A stretch of 33,739 bases of DNA from a virus (taxonomy: Duplodnaviria > Caudoviricetes): IMG/VR virus record IMGVR_UViG_3300017914_001820, positions 1 through 33,739 of that record; one strand, written 5' to 3'. Of the stretch, positions 25,953-33,739 are shown piece after piece; position 1 is the stretch's first letter; each line of letters opens with the position of its first letter. A program made the position numbers and the translations under genes. A model generated the notes under the pieces. The model was given only the letters and a program-made list of their open reading frames with translations, made no database searches and had not been told where the DNA came from.

Positions 25953-26450
25953 ATGGGTGCCAAGTTAGCAATAGTCTTTTTCTTTTTAATGGCAGGTATG
26001 GGAGCTGCTGGTGCGTGGTATTATAACGATACTCAAGAGCGTCTTGCAATCCTACAGGAAAACAATGCTAAGTTGGAAACAGCCGTACAAACTAACGAAG
26101 CAGCATTGGAAGCCCAACGGGCTTCCTTTGCAGCAATGCAAAAAGAAAATGCTAGATTGCAAAGCGAGTTTGCAGCTATAAGCGATCGCAACAGAGCATT
26201 AGAAAATAGATTAAGTAGACATGACATCGGAGCAGCAGGTGTAGCAAGACCTGATTCACTAGAACGTGTGCTTAATGGAGCAACAGAGAATGCGCAACGT
26301 TGTATAGAAATATTAAGTGGAGCACCTTTAACAGAAGCAGAAACTTCTGCAACAAAGCCAAGCGAAATAAATCCAGAATGTTGGAGAGATGCAAATCCAA
26401 ACTTTGATCCTAACATTCAATCAGATGCTTGGAAAAGGAAGAACCTATGA
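25953..26450 (+). CDS. Putative inner-membrane spanin (Rz-like)
   Basis: N-terminal TM segment, long coiled coil and two C-terminal Cys. Directly follows the endolysin. Confidence 0.7.
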   Translation: MGAKLAIVFFFLMAGMGAAGAWYYNDTQERLAILQENNAKLETAVQTNEAALEAQRASFAAMQKENARLQSEFAAISDRNRALENRLSRHDIGAAGVARPDSLERVLNGATENAQRCIEILSGAPLTEAETSATKPSEINPECWRDANPNFDPNIQSDAWKRKNL

Positions 26451-26890
26451 AAAACATTATAATAGCACTATTAGGACTAACACTACTTGTAGGTTGCACA
26501 TCAACTCCGAGACAGATAGAAATAAGTGCAAAACCTATAGACAAGCCAGAGCTTATTCTACCTCCAATAGAACCATTAAGGCTAAAAGATGTAGAGTGGG
26601 TGGTAATAAATCAAGACAACTATCAAGAAGTATTTAACAAGCTACTAGAAGATCGCAAAGATCCTGTGCTAATAGGACTTACAGACGACGGGTACGAAGT
26701 ACTGTCAACAAACATTAGCGATATAATGACACTTATCGCTCAACAAAAACAAATTATTACTGCATATAAAAACTACTACGAAAAGTCTGAGCAAGCACTT
26801 GATGATGCAAATGCAAATATACAATCTGCTCAAGAAGAAGTTGAATCTCAGCAACTAGAAGAAAACTCCTCTTTTTTAAATCTTTTCTAA
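26447..26890 (+). CDS. Putative outer-membrane lipoprotein spanin (Rz1-like)
   Basis: ATGA overlap. MKNIIIALLGLTLLVGC carries a lipobox, followed by a Pro-rich segment (KPIDKPELILPPIEP). Confidence 0.72.
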   Translation: MKNIIIALLGLTLLVGCTSTPRQIEISAKPIDKPELILPPIEPLRLKDVEWVVINQDNYQEVFNKLLEDRKDPVLIGLTDDGYEVLSTNISDIMTLIAQQKQIITAYKNYYEKSEQALDDANANIQSAQEEVESQQLEENSSFLNLF

Positions 26891-26935
26891 TCCTTTGTCC
26901 TTGCGGCCTGCTACTAGCCTTGTAGGCATTTATAA

Positions 26936-26941
26936 TAAATA
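26936..26941 (+). promoter_or_regulatory. Putative late promoter (TAAATA)
   Basis: ataaTAAATAcaatgtaagtaaggagg upstream of 26965. Confidence 0.55.
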
Positions 26942-26964
26942 CAATGTAAGTAAGGAGGGTTATT

Positions 26965-27261
26965 ATGTGGGAAATGATACAACAAATGGCCGGTGATAGG
27001 CTGTGGATCTACACAGCAATAGTAGGATCTATTTTTAGTGCTGCATTCTTATTCTGGTTTAAAGATACAAGAATAGCTACGTGGGGCGTACAAAAGTTCG
27101 ATGCTACACTAGAATACCTAGCAATACGCTGGGGATGGACTTGGTTGCAAAATGATCCAAATGCTTGGCGTGTCAAATATCCTAAAATAACCTCAAAGAT
27201 TGACGAGCTAGAAGCTCGCTTGGAAAAATTGGAGGGCAAAAATGCCAAGAAAAAAACTTGA
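26965..27261 (+). CDS. Membrane protein (one N-terminal TM, C-terminal coiled coil); holin/antiholin candidate
   Basis: TAAGGAGG RBS; hydrophobic stretch LWIYTAIVGSIFSAAFLFWF. Confidence 0.65.
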   Translation: MWEMIQQMAGDRLWIYTAIVGSIFSAAFLFWFKDTRIATWGVQKFDATLEYLAIRWGWTWLQNDPNAWRVKYPKITSKIDELEARLEKLEGKNAKKKT

Positions 27262-27646
27262 AGATTTAGATGCTAACCCAGCAGCTAAACCAGCAGCTAA
27301 ACCAGCAGCTAAACCTGCTCCAACAAACTACGAAGCAGAAGTTGTGGCTACACAAGATAGTACGACACGTAAAGTTAAACTAGATCTAGAAGTAGATACA
27401 AGCGTAAAGGACTTGGGGCCTAACCCATATGCTAAAATTATACATCTAGCAAAAGCAGTAGACGCTTGGAGAATCTTTCCACGTTTGTTCTTAACAGTTT
27501 ATATAATACTATTGTACAAAACTGTTATTTGGTACATGGATTTGCCAGATCCAACTATGGAACAATCCGGACTTATTTCAGTTGTTGTAGGTGCTGGCGC
27601 AGCATGGTTTGGGTTATATACCGGATCTAGCAAGAAGGACAAATAA
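27242..27646 (+). CDS. Two-TM membrane protein, holin candidate
   Basis: GGAGG RBS. Hydrophobic IFPRLFLTVYIILLYKTVIWY and LISVVVGAGAAWFGLY, with a charged C-terminus SSKKDK. Confidence 0.65.
   Translation: MPRKKLEDLDANPAAKPAAKPAAKPAPTNYEAEVVATQDSTTRKVKLDLEVDTSVKDLGPNPYAKIIHLAKAVDAWRIFPRLFLTVYIILLYKTVIWYMDLPDPTMEQSGLISVVVGAGAAWFGLYTGSSKKDK
27278..27313 (+). repeat. Perfect 12-nt tandem repeat (CCAGCAGCTAAA)x3 encoding PAAK x3
   Basis: Read directly from the sequence. Confidence 0.95.
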
Positions 27647-27661
27647 ACCGATAAGTACTGT

Positions 27662-28468
27662 ATGGATCTTTATACAGTACTAGGTGTTCCTAGAACGGCT
27701 TCTTCCGAGGAAATCAAAAAAGCCTATAAAAAGCAAGCAATGAAGCACCATCCTGATAGGGGTGGTGATCCTGATCAATTCCGTAAAGTAACAGAAGCAT
27801 ATGATGTCCTAAGTAATAGTGATAAAAGGGCAGCATACGACAATCCGCAACCTGGATTCAGTTTCAGATCAGAAGACTTTGCTAGAGGAAATCCATTTGC
27901 AGGAACACCATTTGAGCATGTGTTTAGACAAACTCAAACTCCTCGTAACCGTGACATACAAATGCCTGTCAATTGCACGTTGAAGGATGTAATTACTGGA
28001 AATAGTTATGTTGTTAATTATCAGTTGTCAACTGGTAGAATAGAAACAGTTACAATAGAAGTACCAGCTGGTGCAAAACACGGAGATAAGATACAGTACG
28101 AAGGTTTAGGCGATGAAGGTAATAGAAATTATCCTAGAGGCAATTTAATAATACATATCAAAGTTCAAAAGCAAAAAAATTGGCAACGAGATGGTGATAA
28201 TTTAATAACAAAAAAACTTGTAAATCTATTTGACTTTTTGACAGGTGGTGTTATAATAGTTAATACAATAGATAACAAAGTAGTCAGATTAAATATTCCA
28301 CAAGGCACAAAACCAGGCACAACATTTAGCATCACAGGATACGGTATACCTAATATCAACAGTGGTAGAAGGGGAGATATATACGTAAAACTTGAAGCTA
28401 AAGTACCTAAAGTAAGCGATGAACGTTTACTCGAAGAGATTGAAAACTTAAAAAAGAAATTAGGGTAA
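27662..28468 (+). CDS. dnaJ: DnaJ-class co-chaperone without zinc finger (class B / CbpA-like)
   Basis: J-domain DLYTVLGV...IKKAYKKQAMKHHPDRGG...EAYDVLS, short G/F region and DnaJ_C (GLGDEG...RGNL; IPQGTKPG...GYGIP...RGDIYV). No CxxCxGxG repeats. Confidence 0.92.
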   Translation: MDLYTVLGVPRTASSEEIKKAYKKQAMKHHPDRGGDPDQFRKVTEAYDVLSNSDKRAAYDNPQPGFSFRSEDFARGNPFAGTPFEHVFRQTQTPRNRDIQMPVNCTLKDVITGNSYVVNYQLSTGRIETVTIEVPAGAKHGDKIQYEGLGDEGNRNYPRGNLIIHIKVQKQKNWQRDGDNLITKKLVNLFDFLTGGVIIVNTIDNKVVRLNIPQGTKPGTTFSITGYGIPNINSGRRGDIYVKLEAKVPKVSDERLLEEIENLKKKLG

Positions 28469-28472
28469 ATTT

Positions 28473-30716
28473 ATGGTAGAACCGTCAAAGGACTTGCAAC
28501 TTGTATTTGATAAAGCATTAAATGATGCTAAAAAACTAAAGCATGAGTATGTAACATTAGAACATCTTTTGTTTGCAATGATGTGTGAAGAAAATTTTAT
28601 AAAGCTTCTTACTATGTATGGTGCAGATGTTGATTATATCAAGGCTAACTTAGAGCATCATTTAAAAAACGGATGCGATAACATTGTAATTGATGCTACA
28701 AAATTCAAACCCAAGAAGACTGAAACTGTTGAACGTGCATTAAATAGAGCGTTTACACAAGTTCTATTTGCAGGAAGAAATGAAATAGAACTAGCAGATT
28801 TAGTTATGAGTATTCTTCATGAGAAAAAGAGTATCAGTTCTTATTTGTTAGAAAAAGGCGGAGTCGAAAAAGAAAGATTTGTAGATTTCATTAACGACGA
28901 GCAAGAAACAACCCTATTAGAAGATCCCGAACTTACTTCAGATATGAAGAAAGCAATCAAGAGCTTCACAACAAATCTAAATGACCAAGTAAAGCGTGGT
29001 AAAGTAGATCCTATTATTGGACGGGGAGAAGAACTAGAAAGTCTTGCTCTTGCTCTAGGACGCCGTAGCAAAAACAACGTACTTATGGTTGGTGATCCAG
29101 GTGTTGGTAAAACTGCTATTGCTGAAGGTTTGGCATTTAACATTGAGCAAGGACATGTTCCTAGCTTTTTGAAAGAATATAAAGTTTACAATTTAGATAT
29201 TGGTGCTATGCTTGCTGGATCAAAATACCGTGGAGACTTTGAAGAACGTTTCAAACTTGTGCTGAACGGACTTATTCGTGAAGGTAAAACGATTATGTTT
29301 ATTGACGAAGCACATATGATGAATGGTGCAGGTGCAGGAGGACAAGGTAACTCAAATGATTTAGCAAATATGTTAAAACCTGCCCTAGCAAAAGGTGACT
29401 TGAAGGTAGTTGCTTCTACGACTTGGGATGAGTACCGCAAGTATTTTGAAAAAGATCGTGCGCTTATGCGTAGATTCCAGCGAGTAACAATCGGCGAGCC
29501 TACAAAAGAAACTACAGCTGATATCTTAAAGGGTCTGCGTAAGTATTATGAAGATTATCACGGTACAACTATCACAGATGAAGCTATTGATGCTGCAATT
29601 AAACTTAGTGTGAAATATCAAAATGATAAGAAATTGCCTGATAAAGCTATCGATCTTATCGATGTTGCATGTGCAAGATTTAAAGTAAACGATAACGAAG
29701 AAGAAAAGCGTATTGTTACTGAAGAAAGTATTAATTTTGAACTTGCGAAGATGATTAATGTGCCGACAGAACAAGTATCACAAAAAGAAACAGACAATCT
29801 TGCAGCATTAGAAGACAATTTGAAAAAAGTTGTTTATGGTCAAGACGAAGCTATTGAAAGTATTGTTGATAAAATCCTTGTTAGTCAAGCAGGACTAAAG
29901 CCAGATGATAAACCAATTGGTGCGTTTGTATTCATGGGTCCTACAGGCACAGGTAAAACTGAAACTGCAAAAGCACTTGCAAAAAATCTTGGTGTGAGAC
30001 TTGTGAGATTTGATATGTCAGAGTACATGGAAAAGCACAGTGTTGCAAAATTTATAGGTGCACCTCCAGGATATGTTGGACACGAAGATGATGCAGGACA
30101 ATTAATTACAAAGTTGCAAGAAAATCCGAATTGTGTGCTACTACTAGACGAAATAGAAAAAGCACATCCAGACGTATCGCAAATTCTTCTACAACTTATG
30201 GATAACGGAATGGTAACTGGATCAAATGGTAAAGAAGCAGATGCACGTAACTGCACATTGATTCTTACTACTAACTTGGGTGCCGCTCAAGCTGAAAAAA
30301 CAAGTATTGGCTTTGGTGGAGACGAAGATAGCGGATATGACGATACTGAATTAAAGCGATTCTTTGCTCCTGAATTCCGCAATAGACTTGACGGTGTAAT
30401 TACATTTGCAAAATTAGGCAAAGAAGTTATGCTTAAGATTGTAGGTAAGTTCCTAGTAGAACTTAAAGATATGGTTAAGGATAAAAATATCAATATTAAA
30501 GTCACAGATGACGCATTAGATTATCTTGTTGACAAAGGATTTGATCCAAAGAACGGTGCTAGACCGCTACAACGAGTAATCGACAAAGATATTAAACGTC
30601 CTTTGTCAAGACAAATGCTGTTCGGTGACCTTAAAGACGGCGGGGACTTAACTATTGATGTTGAAAACAATGAAATTGTGTTAAATGTTGAGGTAGAAAA
30701 AGTTGAGGTTGTATGA
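28473..30716 (+). CDS. clpA: ATP-dependent Clp protease ATP-binding subunit ClpA
   Basis: Clp N domain (HEYVTLEHLL), NBD1 GDPGVGKT/FIDEAH, LPDKAIDLID, NBD2 GPTGTGKT/LLDEIEKAHPD and IGF loop (TSIGFG). No ClpB middle domain; 747 aa. Confidence 0.93.
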   Translation: MVEPSKDLQLVFDKALNDAKKLKHEYVTLEHLLFAMMCEENFIKLLTMYGADVDYIKANLEHHLKNGCDNIVIDATKFKPKKTETVERALNRAFTQVLFAGRNEIELADLVMSILHEKKSISSYLLEKGGVEKERFVDFINDEQETTLLEDPELTSDMKKAIKSFTTNLNDQVKRGKVDPIIGRGEELESLALALGRRSKNNVLMVGDPGVGKTAIAEGLAFNIEQGHVPSFLKEYKVYNLDIGAMLAGSKYRGDFEERFKLVLNGLIREGKTIMFIDEAHMMNGAGAGGQGNSNDLANMLKPALAKGDLKVVASTTWDEYRKYFEKDRALMRRFQRVTIGEPTKETTADILKGLRKYYEDYHGTTITDEAIDAAIKLSVKYQNDKKLPDKAIDLIDVACARFKVNDNEEEKRIVTEESINFELAKMINVPTEQVSQKETDNLAALEDNLKKVVYGQDEAIESIVDKILVSQAGLKPDDKPIGAFVFMGPTGTGKTETAKALAKNLGVRLVRFDMSEYMEKHSVAKFIGAPPGYVGHEDDAGQLITKLQENPNCVLLLDEIEKAHPDVSQILLQLMDNGMVTGSNGKEADARNCTLILTTNLGAAQAEKTSIGFGGDEDSGYDDTELKRFFAPEFRNRLDGVITFAKLGKEVMLKIVGKFLVELKDMVKDKNINIKVTDDALDYLVDKGFDPKNGARPLQRVIDKDIKRPLSRQMLFGDLKDGGDLTIDVENNEIVLNVEVEKVEVV

Positions 30717-31398
30717 AACTACTAAATTATTCTACGGAGAATATCTTTGCAAATTAAGTTTTCGTAACGACCTTAATACTATCTTTAGATCTGAATTCCA
30801 AAAAAGCAAGTTGTCCTATGCTAGAGAAAGATTAGATTATCTAAATGAACAGTATAGGAACAACATGCGTTTGCAAGTTCCTATTTGGAGAACATTAAGA
30901 GATATTAGAGAACAAGACTATCTAGATGCTAGAAAAATTTATGCTGTATTATATAGAACTAAATCTGATTATAGAGTACGAGTAGAGTCTTGGGGCGGTA
31001 TTAGTGTATTTTCGAACGACGAAAAGTTATTACTTAAACTCGGCAATAGTTTAGAAGCAAGAAGAGTAGATTTACACAGACCTAGTCCAGATATTGCAAA
31101 AAAATTAGCAAGTAAAAAAAATATCATAATATCTGCAAACCCTGTATGCTGGCCTTATAAGATTACGCTAGGAATAAAGAAACGTAATTATGAAGGCTTT
31201 GCAAAATGGGTGGATGCTAATCCAGACAAAGTCAAAATAGGCGAAATAGCATTAGAGGCATGTCGAACACACGGTTATGTCAGCGGATATTACTTTTTTG
31301 TAAAGTCAGAAAAAATGTTAGATCTTGTGAACATAATGGTAGGTGATAATATACGGCGTATTGATCAAGTTATATATAAAGACAATATAGATAAATAG
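30703..31398 (+). CDS. Hypothetical basic protein (231 aa)
   Basis: TTG start with GAGGT 8 nt upstream, overlapping the clpA end; fills the gap. Confidence 0.7.
   Translation: MRLYETTKLFYGEYLCKLSFRNDLNTIFRSEFQKSKLSYARERLDYLNEQYRNNMRLQVPIWRTLRDIREQDYLDARKIYAVLYRTKSDYRVRVESWGGISVFSNDEKLLLKLGNSLEARRVDLHRPSPDIAKKLASKKNIIISANPVCWPYKITLGIKKRNYEGFAKWVDANPDKVKIGEIALEACRTHGYVSGYYFFVKSEKMLDLVNIMVGDNIRRIDQVIYKDNIDK
31392..31397 (+). promoter_or_regulatory. Putative late promoter (TAAATA), probably leaderless transcript
   Basis: gaTAAATAgttatATG: 5 nt to the ATG and no SD. Confidence 0.55.
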
Positions 31399-31402
31399 TT
31401 AT

Positions 31403-31825
31403 ATGCCGAGCAATAGTGAAACAATTTTGACACAAAGAGTACATCCAGGAGACAGTCAAGTAGAAACTGTAACTGGAGAAAAGTTTAAAGGTGACGGTTA
31501 CTACGGACGTAGTGACGGCCTTCATACTGTCCAATTCAACCTGGAAGGGTTTACAGGAACAGTAGCAATAGAAGGAACACTAGAACTTGAACCCGAAAGT
31601 GATGACTGGTTTAGCGTTGACCTTACAAGCAAAGTTTCAGTGGCAGGATCTGTAGATACTACTGGAGCAATCTCTAGCAGTAACACTTCAACTGTTTCAT
31701 CGGTAGCATACAGCAATTCCTCAACTAATAGTAACTATAACTTTACAGGAAACTTTATTTGGGTAAGAGCAAAAATTAGTAACTGGACAGATGGCACTGT
31801 AAATTCTGTATTATTAAATCACTAA
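31403..31825 (+). CDS. Hypothetical beta-rich protein, probably virion-associated
   Basis: 140 aa; late motif upstream; precedes structural genes. Confidence 0.65.
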   Translation: MPSNSETILTQRVHPGDSQVETVTGEKFKGDGYYGRSDGLHTVQFNLEGFTGTVAIEGTLELEPESDDWFSVDLTSKVSVAGSVDTTGAISSSNTSTVSSVAYSNSSTNSNYNFTGNFIWVRAKISNWTDGTVNSVLLNH

Positions 31826-31834
31826 GGATCAAGG

Positions 31835-32422
31835 ATGGCAAGACAAGTAATAAACATTGGATCAGCAGAACTAGCAGGAGATGGTGAAAGCCTCCGTTCA
31901 GCCTTTGATAAAATTAATGATAACTTTTCTGAAGTTTACACACATACTGGCGGTGAGGTAGTATTCGACGGCGATTATGATAATCTTACTAATAAGCCTG
32001 ATCTATCCGCATATTTAACAAGTCTAGATGGTGATTTAAAAGGCAGTGTATTTGCCGATGACAGTTCGTTAGTGATAGATGGTGCAACAGGTAATGTGCA
32101 AAATTTAAACGGCGAAGCAGCAAGTTATTATTTAGATTACAACAACTTTACAAATACTCCGGATTTAAGTGGTTATGTAACTTTAACAAGTTTGACGGAC
32201 GGATCACTAACTGTTGAAGTAAAGAACGACGGTGACCTTGTAGGCAGTGTGTTTGGTGAGGATAGCACATTGCTTGTAGATGCAACAAATAACACAATCC
32301 CAAGTGCAAACTTGAGCGGCTCACTTCCTGCAATTTCAGCTGATGCAGTAACAGTAGACGGAGTCGCAATTAAACAAAAGATTATTTCAATAGCTGCAGG
32401 CTTGGCAGTAGGACTTTCATAG
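31835..32422 (+). CDS. Virion structural protein with T4 gp10-like N-terminus and GSVFxDDS repeats
   Basis: MARQVINIGSAELAGDGESLRSAFDKINDNFSEVY; GDLKGSVFADDSSLVIDG; GDLVGSVFGEDSTLLVDA. Confidence 0.7.
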   Translation: MARQVINIGSAELAGDGESLRSAFDKINDNFSEVYTHTGGEVVFDGDYDNLTNKPDLSAYLTSLDGDLKGSVFADDSSLVIDGATGNVQNLNGEAASYYLDYNNFTNTPDLSGYVTLTSLTDGSLTVEVKNDGDLVGSVFGEDSTLLVDATNNTIPSANLSGSLPAISADAVTVDGVAIKQKIISIAAGLAVGLS

Positions 32423-32433
32423 GAAAAAGATAA

Positions 32434-33739
32434 ATGGCTAAACAACATTACACAGGTAACATTACATTTGACGCAAGTGCGCAAAGTATTGTATTAGACG
32501 GAAATATAAGACGAGACAAGTTCTTACTTATAACAAACGTCACAGATAACCAGCTAATATATAATTTTGCCGATCCTGACGCAAAATTTACTAGCCATTC
32601 ATATGACAGCACTACAAACAAAACTACATTAGTACTAAGCTATGATACAACTTCAATGGATGATGCAGATACGCTGCAAATTTTCTTTGAAGATGTAGGA
32701 CAAGCATTTAAGCCAACTGAAGATTTACTTGATCCTGTGAGTAAAATTCGTACAAGCCAGCCACAAAACTTAATTGATACAGACTTTGAATATGGATTAC
32801 AAAGCCAAAAGTGGGAAACACTAGAACAGGTAAAGAATGTTCCAACTTTCTTTGCTAGACAAGGCGAAGAAGTAGTTCCATTATCTAGCATCACTACAGT
32901 TAACGGGTCAGATGTCGTAACTGTAACAACAAGTGTAGAACACGGTTATGCAAAAGGTACACCATTTATTCTTGTAGGCACAAGTAATCCTACTATTAAC
33001 GGCGGTAACATTGTAAGCAATGTTATAAGCGTTACACAATTCCAGTTTAAAGCGAAAGCAACACAGACAGCAACAACAGATGTTAGAGACGAATATACTT
33101 CATTGTATACTGGACAAATATACAGTGGTACAGAATTTACAAGAGAAGCTATTACAAGCATAGATACTGATGGTGCAGACGAAAGCACATTAACAGTCAA
33201 AACTGAATACCCTACAAGATTCATTAGAGGTACAGAATTTTATCTTAACAACAGTCTTAGCACTGTAAGTTTTGATTTTGATGCAACTACCATTGAAGGC
33301 GACGACAGCGCAACTTCACAATTTAGCGTTGACCCATATAGCGATACTGATCCTGCATCTACTGGACATTGGATGAGTGCATCACCAAGACATGATTGCT
33401 TTATTCCTGTAGGTGACACATATTATTTCCTACCAAGCGATGTATCTAGTGTGACAGATAATAAAGTTACATTTAGTTCCGCTCATGGATTAACAACAGG
33501 AACATATTATTACTCAGCAGGCTATGCAAATGCAAGTTTCTTAACTGGATTACGTAACGAGTTTTATTATTGCATTCATGTACACGATGTAAACACAATT
33601 AGTTTCCATTCAAATCCTATTGATGCAGATAACGACAATTCAAGACATGTTATTGGTACATTAGTAAACGACTCTAATTCAAATGTAGGGTTAGCAAGAC
33701 ATTATCTACATAAAGCATATATTTACGATAGCACTAATA
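32434..33739 (+). CDS. Large virion structural protein, 3'-truncated (not in ORF track)
   Basis: AGGA RBS; frame open to the window end. MAKQHYTGNITFDASAQSIVLDGNIRRDKFLLITNVTDNQLIYNFADP...DPVSKIRTSQPQNLIDTDFEYGLQSQKWE resembles N-termini of marine myophage structural proteins. Confidence 0.75.
   Translation, partial: MAKQHYTGNITFDASAQSIVLDGNIRRDKFLLITNVTDNQLIYNFADPDAKFTSHSYDSTTNKTTLVLSYDTTSMDDADTLQIFFEDVGQAFKPTEDLLDPVSKIRTSQPQNLIDTDFEYGLQSQKWETLEQVKNVPTFFARQGEEVVPLSSITTVNGSDVVTVTTSVEHGYAKGTPFILVGTSNPTINGGNIVSNVISVTQFQFKAKATQTATTDVRDEYTSLYTGQIYSGTEFTREAITSIDTDGADESTLTVKTEYPTRFIRGTEFYLNNSLSTVSFDFDATTIEGDDSATSQFSVDPYSDTDPASTGHWMSASPRHDCFIPVGDTYYFLPSDVSSVTDNKVTFSSAHGLTTGTYYYSAGYANASFLTGLRNEFYYCIHVHDVNTISFHSNPIDADNDNSRHVIGTLVNDSNSNVGLARHYLHKAYIYDSTN

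Noticed and set aside
19527-26446. Track start sites 19527, 21266, 25081 and 26429
   Set aside because: Downstream ATGs (19551, 21329, 25090, 26447) have better RBS or coupling and match the family N-termini.
28473-30716. Calling the Clp ATPase ClpB because it sits next to dnaJ
   Set aside because: It has no coiled-coil middle domain and has an IGF loop; length and motifs fit ClpA.
1377-33224. Many antisense or alternate-frame ORFs in the track (e.g. 4044-4655, 7361-8164, 10759-11376, 29885-30256)
   Set aside because: They lie within well-supported genes, lack RBSs and motifs, and are the expected shadow of codon bias in G/T/D/V-rich proteins.
1-33739. Stop-codon reassignment as seen in some large phages
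   Set aside because: Conserved genes are full length under the standard code, and TAA, TAG and TGA all terminate genes at sensible ends.
1-33739. tRNA, rRNA, CRISPR array, transposase or homing endonuclease
   Set aside because: Intergenic gaps are very short and no such signatures were seen by eye. tRNAscan/Infernal were not run.

Overview
An AT-rich, densely coding segment of a large tailed dsDNA phage, probably a myovirus with T4-like features. The host is probably Gram-negative, and the BI-1 and FdxA sequences suggest an alphaproteobacterium (inference). Region 1-16.9 kb is a virion/tail module: a 5'-truncated giant fibre ending in a Peptidase_G2-like auto-cleaving chaperone domain, proteins with a T4 gp10-like N-terminus, a repeat-rich fibre, an S8 subtilase fused to Ig/Calx-like repeats and a C-terminal cupredoxin-like motif, and an Ig-repeat baseplate-like protein. 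Region 16.9-23.7 kb holds a stand-alone 173-aa fragment of DNA polymerase III alpha (DnaE) that stops just before the catalytic aspartates. It also holds a GroES-like co-chaperonin, a MazG-like NTP pyrophosphatase, BI-1/YccA, a DEDDh exonuclease, an RFC/gp44-like clamp loader, 7Fe ferredoxin, DHFR, ThyA and an antisense PhoH. Region 23.8-31.4 kb has two hypotheticals, a lysis cassette (GH19 endolysin, spanin pair, holin-like membrane proteins), DnaJ and ClpA. Structural genes resume to the window end. A recurrent TAAATA late-promoter motif and two sigma70-type promoters are visible. No tRNA, rRNA, CRISPR or mobile element was seen. All calls come from motif recognition by eye; no database searches were run.
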